From Hypanus sabinus (taxonomy: Eukaryota): 64,000 nucleotides of DNA. The notes under the pieces are model-generated. The model was given only the letters and a program-made list of their open reading frames with translations. It did not search any database and was not told where the DNA came from. The stretch's first letter is position 1, and each line of letters opens with the position of its first letter. Positions 37,901 through 49,550 of the stretch are shown in pieces. The stretch lies in the NCBI RefSeq assembly GCF_030144855.1, contig NC_082724.1, positions 34,534,001 to 34,598,000 of the forward strand. Reading direction: 5' to 3'. A program made the position numbers and the translations under genes.

Positions 37901-40900
37901 TGAAAATTAAAATAAATGATGCCCACAAAGCAGAAGGCTATAAGAAGATAGCAAATCGTTTTCAGGTAGCCGTTTCCTCAGTTCGTAATGTAATTAAGAA
38001 ATGGCAGTTAACAGGAATGGTGAAGGTCAAGTTGAGGTCTGGAAGACCAAGAAAACTTTCCAAGAGAACTGCTTGTAGGATTGCTAGAAAGGCAAATTAA
38101 AACCCCCATTTGACTGCAAAAGACCTTCAGGAAGATTTAGCAGATTCTGGAGTGGTGGTGCACTGTTTTACTGTGCAGCAACACCCACGCAAATATGACC
38201 TTCATGGAAGAGTCATCAGAAGAAAACCTTTCCTGTGTCCTCACCACAAAATTCAGTGTCAGAAGTTTGCAAACGAACATCTAAACAAGCCTGATGCATC
38301 TTGTGGACTGATGAAGTTAAAATGAAACTTTTTGGCCGCAATGAGCAAAGGTATGTTTTGAGAAAAAAAAAGAGTGCAGAATTTCATGAAAAGAACACTT
38401 CTCCAACTGGTAAGCACGGGGTGGATCGATCATGCTTTGGCTGGTGTTGCAGCCAGTGGCACAGGGAACAATTCACTGGTAGAGGGAAGAATTAATTCAA
38501 TACCAACAAATTCTGGAAGCAAACATCACACCATTTGTAAAAAAGCAGAAGATGAAAAGAGGATGGCTTTCGCGACAGGATAATGATTCTAAACATACCT
38601 CAAGCTCCACAATGGACTACCTCAAGAGGCACAAGCTGAAGGTTTAGCCTTGGCCCTCACAGTCCCCTGACCCAACCATCATTGAAAATCTGTGGATAGA
38701 CCTCAAAAGAGCAGTGCATGCAAGACAGCCCAAGAATCTCACAGAACTAGAAGCCTTTTGCAAGGAAGAATGGGCGAAAATCTCCCAAACAAGAATTGAA
38801 AGACTCTTAGCCGGCTACAGAAAGCATTTACAAGCTGTGATACTTGCCAAAGGGGGTGTTACTAAGTACTGACCATGCAGGGTGCCCAAACTTTTGCTTT
38901 AGGCCCTTTTCCTTTTTTGTTATTTTGAAACTGTAAAAGAGGGAAATAAAAAAGCAATCTTGCTTAAAATAGTAAAATGTGTCATCTTTAACTTTATGCC
39001 TTTTGGAAATTAGGTCATCTTTTACTCGCTTAGCTATTCACAGTAACAGAAATTTTGACCAGGGGTGCCCAAACTTTTGCATGCCACTGTATATACAGAA
39101 TAAGTAACCAAAATGAGCTTGTGAAATTATACAATAAGTATTTGCATCATTTTATTGTGATACAGCAAAATTTTGGTGTTACACAGTAGATATCTCTTCC
39201 TGCTCATTTAAGCAGTACACCAAAAAGAATCTCAATAACAATCAAACACTCGGGTTGCTACCAAACTGGGCTCATGCTAAAGACCCATGATAAAGCTTGT
39301 TATAAAAGAGCTCTCAAAACAAATCGCATCGGTTCGCTCAATGTTAATATATCCGACTTCCAGTCAGTAGCAAAGAAACAACAATGTTAAAAGATTAGAG
39401 AATGCTGCATTATTTCATTAGTACAAGTATCAGATTTTGTAATACTTTCAGGATTTCAAGCAATGATCTTTCTCTGATGTTTGGAATGTGAGTATTTGGG
39501 ATATTACATATATATACATTGTGATTCTGCTGTAAAATCTTAATCGCATTTTTCCTACCCTCCTCCAATAGTCCTCTGATCTGTTCATCCTTCTCTCGTA
39601 CCAGATCTGCTGTTTCATTTGAAGTAAATCGTGTAGCCAGCTCCGCCTTCAGTACTTTTAATTCCTAAATGCTCATAAATTGTAGGAAAAAAATAGTAAA
39701 TTTAACATTGAAACCGTCTCCATAAGTTCTTAATCATAAGTTTCAACATTCTTTTAAATATCATTTCCATTTCAACTAAATACTTTTACTTATTTAGAGG
39801 TCTGTGCTCAAAGCTACTCCTGCAACCCTAAATTTACAAGAAATGGGGGGGGGGGGGGGGGGAATATAAGCGATAGGATAGTTAAAGCTCAATAACCTGG
39901 CACATACTGCACTTGACAAATGCACTGACTAAGCCTACACCAGCACTGGGGAACCTCGAGCATGGCCCCAGTGTCATTGAGCGTTCCTTAATGATGCCCT
40001 GTATCAGTCAGATTGTCCCCAACATCCACCCAAGTGTCCCCTAGCATCTCAACGTCAGCCTAGGTGCTCCTTGGTACAAATCCGTTATCAGCCTTTCACT
40101 TCCTGAGAGTCATGCCAACATCAGCCTGGGCAGCCAGAGTAATTTACCATAATTGTTTCCTCAGCATTGCCCAGCCTCATCCCAAGGACTCAGTCTGTTC
40201 TGCCAAAGGTCAGCCTATGCAGCCCCTCAGCACTATCCTATTGTCTGCCCTGACCAGCCTTTAAATCTACAAGAGCGTCCTCCCAGAGTTTCCCCCACAG
40301 CAAGCTCCCTGCATTGGCCCAGCCTCTAAGCTGTCCCTCCTTTAGCCCAACAATTCCCTCACACAGCAGTTAGTGAAGCACTAGATACCCAAGCAGCCAC
40401 TGTATTACAGTATTTCCTCTCCATCTTTATTATATGGTTATACTTTACTTCAATTAAAACTTAAATGTGGACTTCTAGATTTCAACACAAGAAAATTCAA
40501 GCAATAGTAACAACTCTGCTTACTTTTTTAATATCATCCCTTTCTTTACAAGCAAGTTGGGTTTTCTTCTCAGATTCTGCAATGCGCTGAGTGAACTCGT
40601 CCTTTAGAGATGAGATACTGGTGCTTTCTTCCTTTAGTCTGATCATTTCACTTCATACGTAGAAAATAAAGAACTTTAGTGTGCTAACAAACATTTATTG
40701 AAATCATTCAGAATAGAGACTGATGGCTGTTACCACATAAAAGGAAAATTAAATCAGTGTATTTGTATGTAGCTATAAAATACAAATTCATTGGTTAATC
40801 GAATCTATGAAATTTAGCCAAAAATATCCACACCTTACCTTCTAGACAAAACTGAAAGATAGCAGTTAAATAAATGGACTTTACTTGCAAAAGGTAATTT

Positions 40901-43900
40901 TTACCTTCTATAAATTGGACTCAAACACTAAAGCAATCTTTTTTCTACATTTGCAGGTACTTTAGCAAAGCATTACTCTTGCATTAATGGTGGATAGAAT
41001 CGAGAACTATGATTCACATATAGAACAAAACCTAAATCTGACTTTGATTCCTTATTCTGCCTTACCACTATTTTATCACAATTATCAGTGTTTTTAATAT
41101 CCCAAGTAACTGAAATATAAGAAATACCCACAACCAGAAGATTTTGCTTTACGAGTCCTCAATAGTGGCAGAAAGGATCAAATATTGAATAAAAATAAGA
41201 ATTACTAGAGGTTACTAGAAGTGCTGACTTAATGCCCAAGTAAAATATTTTTATAGCCTATCTATACAAATGTTTACATTTAAAATGAAAGATATACTCT
41301 GGAACACAAAACGAATAAAATTGTTATGAATACAAAGAAAATATCCTATTGTCGCCTTTGACATAATTTCAAAATCTTAGATAAATCAATTAAGCCAAAT
41401 TTAAGAATTTGTTCATTCCACTCCTGTACTTTCAACAGCACAGTACTCTATTTCTCAATGTGAAACAGGAAGCGACTTTGTAATTCTGCAAGGAGGGTGT
41501 TGTGAGGGTGCAGTGACACAGGAGAGGCGTGGGACACTGAGAAACGAAGCAACGTCATTTGGTTCCAAACAATTGATTTATTGATCATTACAGAATTTCT
41601 CTCAGGTGCTTCCCGCTCTCCCCTCTCCCTGCCCACTTCCCACACCTAGTCAATAATACTCATATCAGAGTCAGATCTATCATCATTTACATATGTCCTG
41701 AGATTCGTTTTTTTTGTGCTGCAGCACTACAATGCAACATACAAAATTACTACAGTACTGTGCAAAAGTCTTAAGCACTCTAGCTATATATATGTGCCTA
41801 AGAATTATACACACGTCTGTATAAAAAGAATATGATTTTTTGGGAAGTGTTTTCTTCTATCACCCCGAGTAGCCTGTACTGTAACCTTGTACATCTAAAG
41901 CAAGAGCAAGTTAATGAACCTTACTTACTCTTTCAGGTTATCAATTGCCTCCTCCAATGCAGCTTTATCTTTGCTAACAGACAACAATTGCGATTCTCTC
42001 TTTTCCAACTTGTCTGTCAAGTCATCAATAATCTGAAGACCATCAAAGGATAAATATGAATAATATTCCATCTTCAAAACCAGCTTTAGCAATATAAAGC
42101 AAGCAAATCTGGGCAGGACAGAATTTCAAAACAATGCTTTATCGTCAAGGGCTGGTAATCAGCCAAAGTGAAGAGCATAATTCAAAGACTATCTCAGCCG
42201 ACGTTCACTATCTCATTTCAGGATCACTTTGCCTGCGCAATTAGATCTTAACTGGACAGAATCTTTACTAATCAGATTATGGGAAAAAGATGCTGCAGGA
42301 CAACCTGTGGAACATGGGATGGAGAAGAGACTGAATTCTATCTGCACCTCAACTGGTAATGACCTAGATTAAGTAAAAAGGACATTGGTTCATCAAATTC
42401 CAGATATTTTATCTTACAAATCTAAACTAAGAGTGTCACATTGTCATCTTTAAAGCATATCTGCTCTCAGGGAAAATACTTTTAGCAAAATATTGGAACT
42501 CTAGAAGGAAAGCAAAATTGAATCTTTAGAACTATAACCTGTACTCACACTGTAATTAAGAACAGAGGACACAGCCTCAGAATAGAGGGCATTTTAGAAC
42601 AGAGATGAGGTGGAATTTCTTTAGCCAGAGAGTGGTGAATCTGTGGAATACTTTGCCACAGGCAGCTGTGGAAGCCAAGTCTTTTATGTATATTTAAGGC
42701 AGAGATTGATAGATTCTTGATTGGTCAGGGAATGAAGGGATACGGGGAGAAGGCCGGAGATTGGGGATGAGAAGAAAATTGGATCAGCCATGATGAAATG
42801 GTGAAGAAGACTAGATAGACCAAATAGCCTAATTCTGGTCCTATATTGTGGCTCTAATGTAATTCTATATTCAAGTCTGCATAAATATTTTAACATCAAG
42901 ATTACCATGTAAAATTATGATATATATCATGAATAAGTTTACCTGCTGTAAATGAAATTTTTCAGATTTACTACTGGGTTGGCATTCATCTTCAGCAGTT
43001 CCTTTCATTGGCCGGTTAAGTACTGTACATTCTACATTTTGATTCTCAATTTCCGTCAGACTAAGTACAGGCAGGACCTCCGGCTGATCACTGTTCACTG
43101 GTGTGGCACTTCGGCCACTCTCTTCCATCTCACTTTCATCCAGTACGCTCTCTTTCTGAGCATCCCTCGTGCTCTCTTCCATCTCACTTTCATCCAGTAA
43201 GCTCTCTTTCTGAGCATCGCTTCTGGTCTCTTCAACATTCTTCACTGGCACACCAGCTGACGAACCATTATAGATGGTCTGAGTAAGCGATCCTGAGGCC
43301 ACATTACATCCTCGACCTGAAGTTTCATCATCGGAATTGATCTCACTCACACTCCGGCTGTCTAACGACTGCACACTAAAAGCATCTATTCTCTCAAAAG
43401 CATCTGAGGAACTGCAGCTCTCAGTAAGTTTCTGATATTCATCCAGATTATGATACTCAGGACAGGCTGACGTTGACAGCAACTGAAAGGATGTCTGCAT
43501 CAAATGCAGATTAGCCTTTGAATCTACAGCTTCCTGTCTAGAACTTGCTGAACTCTCACTAATCACACTCTCATGGTCCAATACCTCAATGTCACTGGTA
43601 GTCGATGTCCCTGATGAAAATGTACTAATGGGGGGAGAGGGCGTGTTACTTTGCCGGTCCTCAGATTTTTGCTCTTTTGCTTCCAGAAGTGAATCCTTCG
43701 CAGAAGCAGTGCGGGATTTTGATGGACTGTCAGGCGGGCTTGCAGATTTTTCTGCATTTTTCTGCCCCTTTTCGACCCGAGAGGCAACCAATGCATTTGG
43801 CTTGATTACTTCAGAAGTTACAGGCGCATGCTCATCTCTTGCCACAATAGACTTTACCTCATCTTTATTCTGTGGCTCCGCACTTTCGAGAGACTTGGGA

Positions 43901-46900
43901 CTTTTAGCCTTTCTGCTAAGCAGCTGGTGATCACTCAACTGACCCGTGACCTCTGAATCATTGTGTACTTCCTGAGGTACAGCTGTTGAGTCCTCAGTGG
44001 AATTTGCCTTTTCTGGCACATTTAACTCAACAGATTCCGTGAGATGAATAGTCAACGTTGCCTCTACTTCTTTGGGCAGTTGGGATTTGCTTGGGGGCTT
44101 GGACACAACTGAAGTTTGCTCTATAATTGCAGTATCTGTTGAATTCAGAAAGGCATTGAAGAATGTCTCCGATTCATCCACCACAGTTCGTGTAACGGGT
44201 TTGGTAATAGCTTTCGGTGAAGCCACAGGGTGAGGTTTGGGGTTGTCATCTGATGATCCCCATTGTGTGGAAACCCATCCTTCATTGATTGAAGAGGTTT
44301 TGCCTGGCAATATTACTGTAATTTAAAATAAACAGGATATTAAATCAAAGAAAACTTTCCATTCCTATGTATTTTCATAAATACAGTAATGTTTCTGTAG
44401 CATTTTACTGAATTACTGAAAGCATAAGGCAATTTGTTCCCAATGCAATAACCTTTGGAAATCAGCATCTTGTAAAAGAACACAGACAAGGACAGAAGAG
44501 AAGGGCTTTTATGGAAGCTTCTGTAGCAAGACAGGGTACTTAAAGTGTGTACTGATCTGGCAGCACTATAATAGGGAGGATGTCATTATACTGCAAAGGT
44601 GCAAAAAAAAAAGGTTTACAAAGATATTACCAGGACTGGAGAGTTTGAGCTATATTGAGAGGCTGGATATGGGTCTAGAACTGTTTCCCCTGCAATGCAG
44701 GAAACTGAGGGATGACCTTAAAGGAGTTGTAAAGTCATGAAGGTCATAGACAGGGTGAATAGTTAGGGGAGTCCAAAACTATAGGGCGTAGGTTTAAAAT
44801 GAGAGGAGAAACATTTAGAAGGGAGCTTCTTCCCCACAGAGGAAGTGGTAGATGTGAGGGATTATTACAACATTTAAAAGACATGTGAACAGATACATAA
44901 AGATATTTCAAGAAATTTGTGTCCACCCAGGATTTCAGAAGATTTATATTTCATGTGAAGGGGAAGGAGTGCAAGCTAGCAGGTAATAGGGAAGACCAGG
45001 TGAGAGGTAAGATGAGATGAAGTAACAGGCTAGGTGATGCAAGAGGCAAGAAGCTGAAGGAGGAGGAATCTAACAGGACAGAACAGTGAACCATAGAAAA
45101 TAAGGGGGAAAAGGAGGGGAACCAGGAGGTTGTTACAGGCAGTGAGAAGGGATGAATGGGTAGCCAGAATGGGGAATGGAAAAAAGAGAGGGGGGGGGGG
45201 GGGAGTAGTTACAGGAAGTAAGAGAAATCAATATTCCTGCCATCAAGTTGGAGGCTACCAGTCTCGGCCTGAACTGTCAACTATTTATTCCCCTCCTTAA
45301 CCTGAGAGGATTCATTCCTGAGAGATGTTTGCATGTAGTCAACAGTACATGGGGATAGAGATGGAGAGGCAATGGATACACACTGAATGGTAGAAATCCA
45401 ATAATTGTAAAACAGATGAAGTCGCTGAAGGCAGCAAAAGTTGGTTATGGCAAACACATTTTACATATATATCATGCCAATCCTTAGCACAGAACAGAAA
45501 ATCCTGGAGGTCTTGCTAGAAATATACAGAAGACTGCAGAGCCTAGTTAAGAGTTCAACATACAATACTAGCCACTAAAAACAAGGACATGATGCCACTA
45601 GATAGTAAACAGAAAAAAGATTTACAAGGCTTTCAGAACTGGATCTAAGCTAATAGGATAAAATTATAAAAAGCCTCAAAAGAGACTACTTATCTTGGCA
45701 GACAGGTTTAACAGAGAGCAGATTAATGAAGAGGAGATGAGAACTGCTTACAGCCAGTTGTCTTGGACTCGCTATCTGAAGGAGTAGTAGCTGCAGTAGC
45801 CATACACCTTTTAAAAAATGTGAATCACTTGATGTCCATGAAATCAGAAGGCCATGCAAACTGCAAATTAATCTGAATATCATACAGCCCTGATGGGCTT
45901 GGTGTCCTCTGTGCTGAAAAAGTTGTGTGGATAGGCAGGAGTTTACTTTCAGGATGTAAAGTTTATTCTCACTAGGGGCCACATAATATTGGCAGAGCAT
46001 AAGGAGACACAAAAACAGCATTCATCAAGTTTGCAGGCATTTATTTACACCAACTGGATGATATTTGCGTGTGGTGAATAATGCCAGTATTATCTTGAGC
46101 AACGCACACAAAACGTTGGAAGAACTCAGCACGTCAAGCAACATCTCTGAAGGGAAATGAACAGCCAAGAGCCTTCACCAGGACTGATAAAGAAGGGGGC
46201 AGAAGCCAGGAAGTTTTTTGTCCGAAATGTCCCCAAATGGTTCAATGCAAGAGAAAAACACAAGCTCGAAATACATCCCTGCTTCCGACCTGCGATTCAA
46301 TGGGAAAGGGGGCTCACGTTACAGGAAGCCACAGTCTAAGGAACACAACCCGTCTGTAATATGGGGGAGTAGGGCACGTAGCTTGTATGTGTACAGAGTC
46401 TACCTCTCTGGCCCTCTGCAGCCTGAGCAAAGTACAGGTTTCAGACAACATAGCACATAAACCTGCTCCGATAGTCCTCCACAGCTAACTGAACTAGGTC
46501 ACAGCTTTGCCAGCCATGATAGTAGTTAGTCAATAATAACACTTAAAATACATGAAATCCCCGATAATTAAAAGCTATTAAAATGGAAGCAAGTAAAACT
46601 GTTAATAAAAATCATTTTTAATCATAATTTTTTTAATTGGTAATCCGAGAAACATTAAATGAGTTTGCCTGCTTCTCTTTAGCCTCCTGAATTTTTGCTG
46701 TACAATTCTACTGAAATTAACAGCATCTTTGGTTCTACAGCAGAACTAACTTGTAGCTGGATCAACTAGGCATTTCCCCAAGAATAAGACTTGCAGTAAA
46801 CCTCAGAGTTCTGCATTTCAAATCATCTACGAAATCTAGGAAATATTTTGGTTTCAGCACTGACAACTCCTCTCAGAACTGCTTGGCATGACCTGGGCCA

Positions 46901-49283
46901 AAATGTGTTTGATTCTGTATAACCTGGAAACACTCAGCATTAGGCAGCAGCTGTTAAAAGAGGCACAGTTAATATTTCAGAGCTATTTTCAAGAAAATCT
47001 TTCAGGTCCAAGACCGTTCATTAGAACTGCATTAGAAAACAAGTTAGTTTCAGTAGTGGAGATGGTAGCAAAGAATGAAATATTCCTGTCTGCCTTGCTG
47101 GGCCAGTCACAACTCTTTAACATTAGCAATACATTACGCAAAGAAACATAATCTGCAACTTAACTGAACAGTACCATTTGTTGACACCCTAGAAATGTTC
47201 CCTTTGCTCTACACATTACAACATCTGAAACTTGAAACATTTCTACTTGCATGGATGCTGTGCGACCTGTTGAGTGCTCCCAGTATTATCTGTTCATTTT
47301 TTTTTCCTGATTTTCACTTTTTTCATTTTAAGCACTTGCCATCTAGTGGCAGAAATACTCAAAATGTTAAGATGTTGATCTCAAGTCATAGAATAGTAAT
47401 GTCAAAAAAAGAACTGCACGACTTTCAGTGAACTGAGTGCTTTACGGTTGTGGAAAAATCTATCAGCTGAACTAAAATGATTGTAGACTCAGCACTGCCC
47501 AAATGATCAACACTTACTCAAGATGGTAGATGTTACGATGGTTCACAGAAAGCAACTTTAGCTTTATAAATGCTCTCTGCATTTTATAGGTGGAATTGCA
47601 TAGCATCCCCAGAGACACTCTGAAGTTAATACTGGGCATGGACTTGGCGTCACTTGATAAATTGTAAACAGCTAAAAGGTACCAAAACTAAGTCCAGGGT
47701 ATGTCAAACACCAGAATATTTTTACCACGGCACACTAAGGAACACTGCCCAAGCTGCCCAGATTAAATCCTGATCTCCAGGTGTTTGGGGAGTTTGCACA
47801 TTCTCTTTACAACCATGTGGGTTTCACATAAAAGCTCTGGTTTGCTCCAACATACCAATAAGTTTGGAAGGTTAATTAGTTACTACACATTACCCTAGTG
47901 TAAGAGGAGTGGGAGAAAGATCCATTGAGTTAATGGGCATGAGACAGGAACATTAGTGAGGGACCAGGACTAATAGAACCTGCCTGATACTCAACACGTT
48001 AAATTGTCTCAGTCACAAGGAAATAAAACCTATAAAATATTTTTTTTTTTAAAAGGCAAGACACATCAGAGTAGCTTCCATTTTAAAATGGAAATATATG
48101 GAATAGGTTAGATATGGAAGTTATTCATGTTATTTGAACATATTCACCACCTTAGTTTTTTTTCTAACTTTTATCATTAATAGCCAAGCAAGAACTATTT
48201 AAGACCTATATTACTTGCAAATCTCTACCACTATGACTATAAAGCAGCTAGATTTGCGGAGCTGCAAGTTGACTGGCTACACCATTCTGCTCTGGAGAAG
48301 TACATAACTGGCCCTTAGAACCTGTCTTTGCAGAAATAGCACGAGAGGGGAGAGCCACTTACTCTCCAGTAATCAGCACTGTTGCATTATCCCAGCTTAC
48401 CATTTTTCTTTAAGGAAATGAATGGTCTAGTAAAGTCACTGTTGGTAAAGTCACAATACTGCAGCTAACCATTTGGAAATGTGATTTCCTTCATAATTCG
48501 TCAAAATCAACAAAATGTAGAAATGTAGCTATCAATTCAAATGTAGAAACTAGTGAAATACGGATAGAAAACAAAAGATCATTCTTACATGTGAACACAG
48601 CCAATGCACAGAAAACTAACTTTTCAATCTGCTAAACTGTTTACCTCACACTTAATGTAAGGGCTCCTGTATTAGCTACTAAATTCATCATACTAAAGAC
48701 TCTGCATTTCCAGATCCGCAAATTACTGCACCTAACATTACATTCCAGACGTTCATAACCGAACAAACAAGCGTATTGTTTCTTCCTGAAATTCAGCAAA
48801 TCGCCTTTATTCTGGTCTTTAATCTTCAATCCCTCTGCCACAGGGATTCCCCTAGATCTGATAACTTCACAACTTTAAATTAAGTCTCTCTCCCAGACCT
48901 GCTCTGCTCAAGGAGATACCCCTAACTTCCACAGGAGAAAAAGTCCCTCGTTTCCTAGAAAAGTGCACAAGTACTTAAGTTGCGGTCAAAGAGCACCACA
49001 TCGGCGTTTCTCAATCTTTCCTTGGTGAGACAGATAAAGACAAAGAGGGCACCGCTGGCTCCGTGCATCGCACAGCTGTATCGCGGAGGGCGGCCGCTCT
49101 CCCCTCCCTGAAGAGTAGAGGCAGCAGTCCAGTCACTGTACCTTCCTCATACTCCGCCGAGATACCAGTCCACGGGCCCCCCTCGTCCTCCTGGATGTCC
49201 AAGACCCTATCGATGGACTTCTGAGCCTGGGACAGCGCCTGTTTGGCGAAACTCGACAGATGCGAGGCGTTGAACCAACTCAT
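13831..49283 (-). CDS. TMF1: TATA element modulatory factor 1 (golgin TMF/ARA160), 17 coding exons, 1155 aa
   Basis: N-terminus MSWFNASHLSSFAKQALSQAQKSIDRVLDI; C-terminus LQMYGEKAEEAEELRLDLEDVKNMYKTQIDELL; all introns GT-AG with consistent phases; exon lengths sum to 3468 nt. Confidence 0.97.
15729..16462 (+). mobile_element. Tigger/pogo-type non-autonomous DNA transposon inside CR1
   Basis: TA TSD (15727-28, 16463-64); TIRs cagcatgtccccgagttac / gtaacccggggacagcctg; residual CENP-B-type HTH ORF 16091-16315 (ITIENKVEI...ALGYSRSTIRTILK). Confidence 0.85.
16636..16814 (+). mobile_element. 5'-truncated retroposon (SINE/LINE 3' end) with 11-bp TSD
   Basis: caaatgttcat at 16625-16635 and 16815-16825 flanks a 179-bp insert in CR1; orientation inferred. 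Confidence 0.7.
17266..17391 (-). CDS. TMF1: TMF1 exon 16 (126 nt)
   Basis: ttgcag|LEISNLERSRAIMAEELVKLTTQNDELQEKVNEIPKLRLQLK|gtatat. Confidence 0.95.
17867..19474. mobile_element. MER2/Tigger-like MITE carrying two nested Tigger-type inserts
   Basis: TA-flanked TIRs cagtcaccccctccttatccgc / gcggataaggagggccaactg; inserts at 18013-18841 (TA TSD, both TIRs) and 18912-~19392 (inverted, one TIR). Confidence 0.85.
21166..21318 (-). CDS. TMF1: TMF1 exon 15 (153 nt)
   Basis: tttag|DDLFENSF...LYDVLRMGAESSIFENLQSQLKQREGEIAQLQ|gtcagt. Confidence 0.95.
22800..23221 (+). mobile_element. Non-autonomous RTE-derived retroposon (5' leader fused to 3' tail)
   Basis: 5' ccttgtcatggtttggaagcttgtgtgccttaatga resembles the RTE/Expander/BovB leader; 3' ttcattgctgcccc...gggcagcaagt; imperfect 9-bp TSD atcctacca/atccaacca. 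Confidence 0.6.
24375..24494 (-). CDS. TMF1: TMF1 exon 14 (120 nt)
   Basis: caaag|ERKLLTNQGPEALTVTPTLSRSSSVSGAEMAILQTSSHSQ|gtagga. Confidence 0.92.
24621..24713 (-). CDS. TMF1: TMF1 exon 13 (93 nt)
   Basis: attag|NALSKQLEVEKLKVEQERKKAILAQDALKEK|gtattt. Confidence 0.95.
24793..24862 (-). CDS. TMF1: TMF1 exon 12 (70 nt)
   Basis: ttcag|(R)NRVAFDNLKSEYIKALEESKKEK|gtaaca. Confidence 0.94.
26001..26136. repeat. Palindromic short repeat (36-bp perfect arms); family recurs in the window
   Basis: gctggaggaactcagcaggccaggcagcatctatgg (26001-26036) vs its reverse complement (26101-26136); related copies near 3095, 46105, 50050, 53386, 60170. Confidence 0.85.
27558..27750 (-). CDS. TMF1: TMF1 exon 11 (193 nt)
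   Basis: gttag|ADGQAQLAAAVEKER...EDENS(R)|gtgagt. Confidence 0.95.
28937..29093 (-). CDS. TMF1: TMF1 exon 10 (157 nt)
   Basis: taaag|RLQEADNRNQELSQSVTSASRPLLRQIENLQATL...WEKLEKNLSNRL|gtaact. Confidence 0.95.
29737..29829 (-). CDS. TMF1: TMF1 exon 9 (93 nt)
   Basis: tatag|VADLRLGLQRAEQQQARKEDYLRQEISELQQ|gtattc. Confidence 0.95.
30527..30830 (+). mobile_element. Tc1-derived MITE fragment
   Basis: Starts cactcagtggccacttt...aggtacac (Tc1-type terminus); other end not found. Confidence 0.5.
30971..31127 (-). CDS. TMF1: TMF1 exon 8 (157 nt)
   Basis: ttcag|ELAELHRVNAAKDSEAQEAALSHE...EALAVQ|gttagt. Confidence 0.95.
31716..31882 (-). CDS. TMF1: TMF1 exon 7 (167 nt)
   Basis: ttgcag|VLDGKEEVEKQHRENIKKL...RSLQSALDNSY(K)|gtaaga. 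Confidence 0.95.
32199..32341 (-). CDS. TMF1: TMF1 exon 6 (143 nt)
   Basis: ttcag|(G)EKLSKQHLHNSNIIKKLR...IKHLQQ|gtgaga. Confidence 0.95.
32415..33195 (+). repeat. 5' LTR (781 bp)
   Basis: TGTTACG...CGTAACA; TATAAAA 32685-32691; AATAAA 33107-33112; about 26 substitutions and 3 small indels vs the 3' LTR by eye. Confidence 0.93.
33200..33223 (+). promoter_or_regulatory. Primer-binding site, degenerate tRNA-Pro type
   Basis: TGGGGTTCTCGTCTTGGGATTTGA just after the 5' LTR resembles the Pro PBS TGGGGGCTCGTCCGGGATTTGA. Confidence 0.7.
33311..35315 (+). pseudogene. Disrupted gag-protease of the LTR element
   Basis: LVPPFEETDVDSYFLLFEKVA, LRSYELVPEAYRQKFR, LRELILIEEFK; stops at 33938 and 34382; CFNCG..GHIASRC split by a frameshift in the G run ~34434-34440; RDTGA and VLLGNDLAG protease motifs. 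Confidence 0.9.
35312..36067 (+). other. Unassigned 251-codon ORF inside the LTR element (TTG start in the track; may be a frameshifted continuation)
   Basis: Open frame with no integrase DDE, RT YxDD or RNase H motifs recognised. Confidence 0.4.
36485..37263 (+). repeat. 3' LTR (779 bp), preceded by PPT gaagaaaggggg (36473-36484)
   Basis: Direct repeat of 32415-33195. Confidence 0.93.
37489..39089 (+). mobile_element. Full-length Tc1 (IR/DR type) transposon with pseudogenised transposase
   Basis: TA TSD; ~210-bp imperfect TIRs starting cagtggcatgcaaaag with inner direct repeats (~37683-37703, ~38880-38898); GYKKIA, SGRPRK, WTDE, QDNDSKH, WPSQSPD..IENLW motifs; start codon mutated (ATC) and frameshifts. 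Confidence 0.93.
39559..39664 (-). CDS. TMF1: TMF1 exon 5 (106 nt)
   Basis: tttag|ELKVLKAELATRFTSNETADLVREKDEQIRGLLEE(G)|gtagga. Confidence 0.95.
40524..40650 (-). CDS. TMF1: TMF1 exon 4 (127 nt)
   Basis: atgaag|(D)EMIRLKEESTSISSLKDEFTQRIAESEKKTQLACKERDDIKK|gtaagc. Confidence 0.93.
41929..42032 (-). CDS. TMF1: TMF1 exon 3 (104 nt)
   Basis: ttcag|IIDDLTDKLEKRESQLLSVSKDKAALEEAIDNLK|gtaagt. Confidence 0.95.
42943..44315 (-). CDS. TMF1: TMF1 exon 2 (1373 nt)
   Basis: tacag|..ILPGKTSS...TVVDESETFFNAFL...FSSGTSTTSDIEVLDHESVISESS...SVSEINSDDE...KFHLQQ|gtaaac. Confidence 0.96.
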
Positions 49284-49550
49284 AGTGTGGACCGCCCCAC
49301 GGCGCCCAGGCCCAGGCCCAGGCCCTCCGCAGCGGAAAGCCGGCCAGGACCAGGGTCAATCGTCGTTCTACAGCTGACGGCCTATATCCCTCTCACCGCC
49401 ACGGCCGACCCTGCACCCTGTCAAGGTGACACTGCCGCCCCGACACTGACTTGGGCTGTGAAAGGCGAAACTCCGATTATCTCTTCAGTGTCGCTCGCAA
49501 CTCTCCACGTAGCAGCAATGACGCGACTCCCAAGCATCCCTGCGCCACGG
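49000..49550 (-). promoter_or_regulatory. TMF1: TMF1 CpG island spanning promoter, 5' UTR and exon 1
   Basis: High GC and CpG density around the ATG; (CCCAGG)3 at ~49305-49322; CCACGT and TGACG motifs at ~49505-49523. Confidence 0.75.
49142..49283 (-). CDS. TMF1: TMF1 exon 1 coding part (142 nt)
   Basis: MSWFNASHLSSFAKQALSQAQKSIDRVLDIQEDEGGPWTGISAEYEE then G|gtacag. Confidence 0.96.

Noticed and set aside
49503-49512. ACGTGGA as a Golgi stress response element (GASE, ACGTGGC) in the TMF1 promoter
   Set aside because: One mismatch in a 7-mer; chance occurrence likely without conservation data
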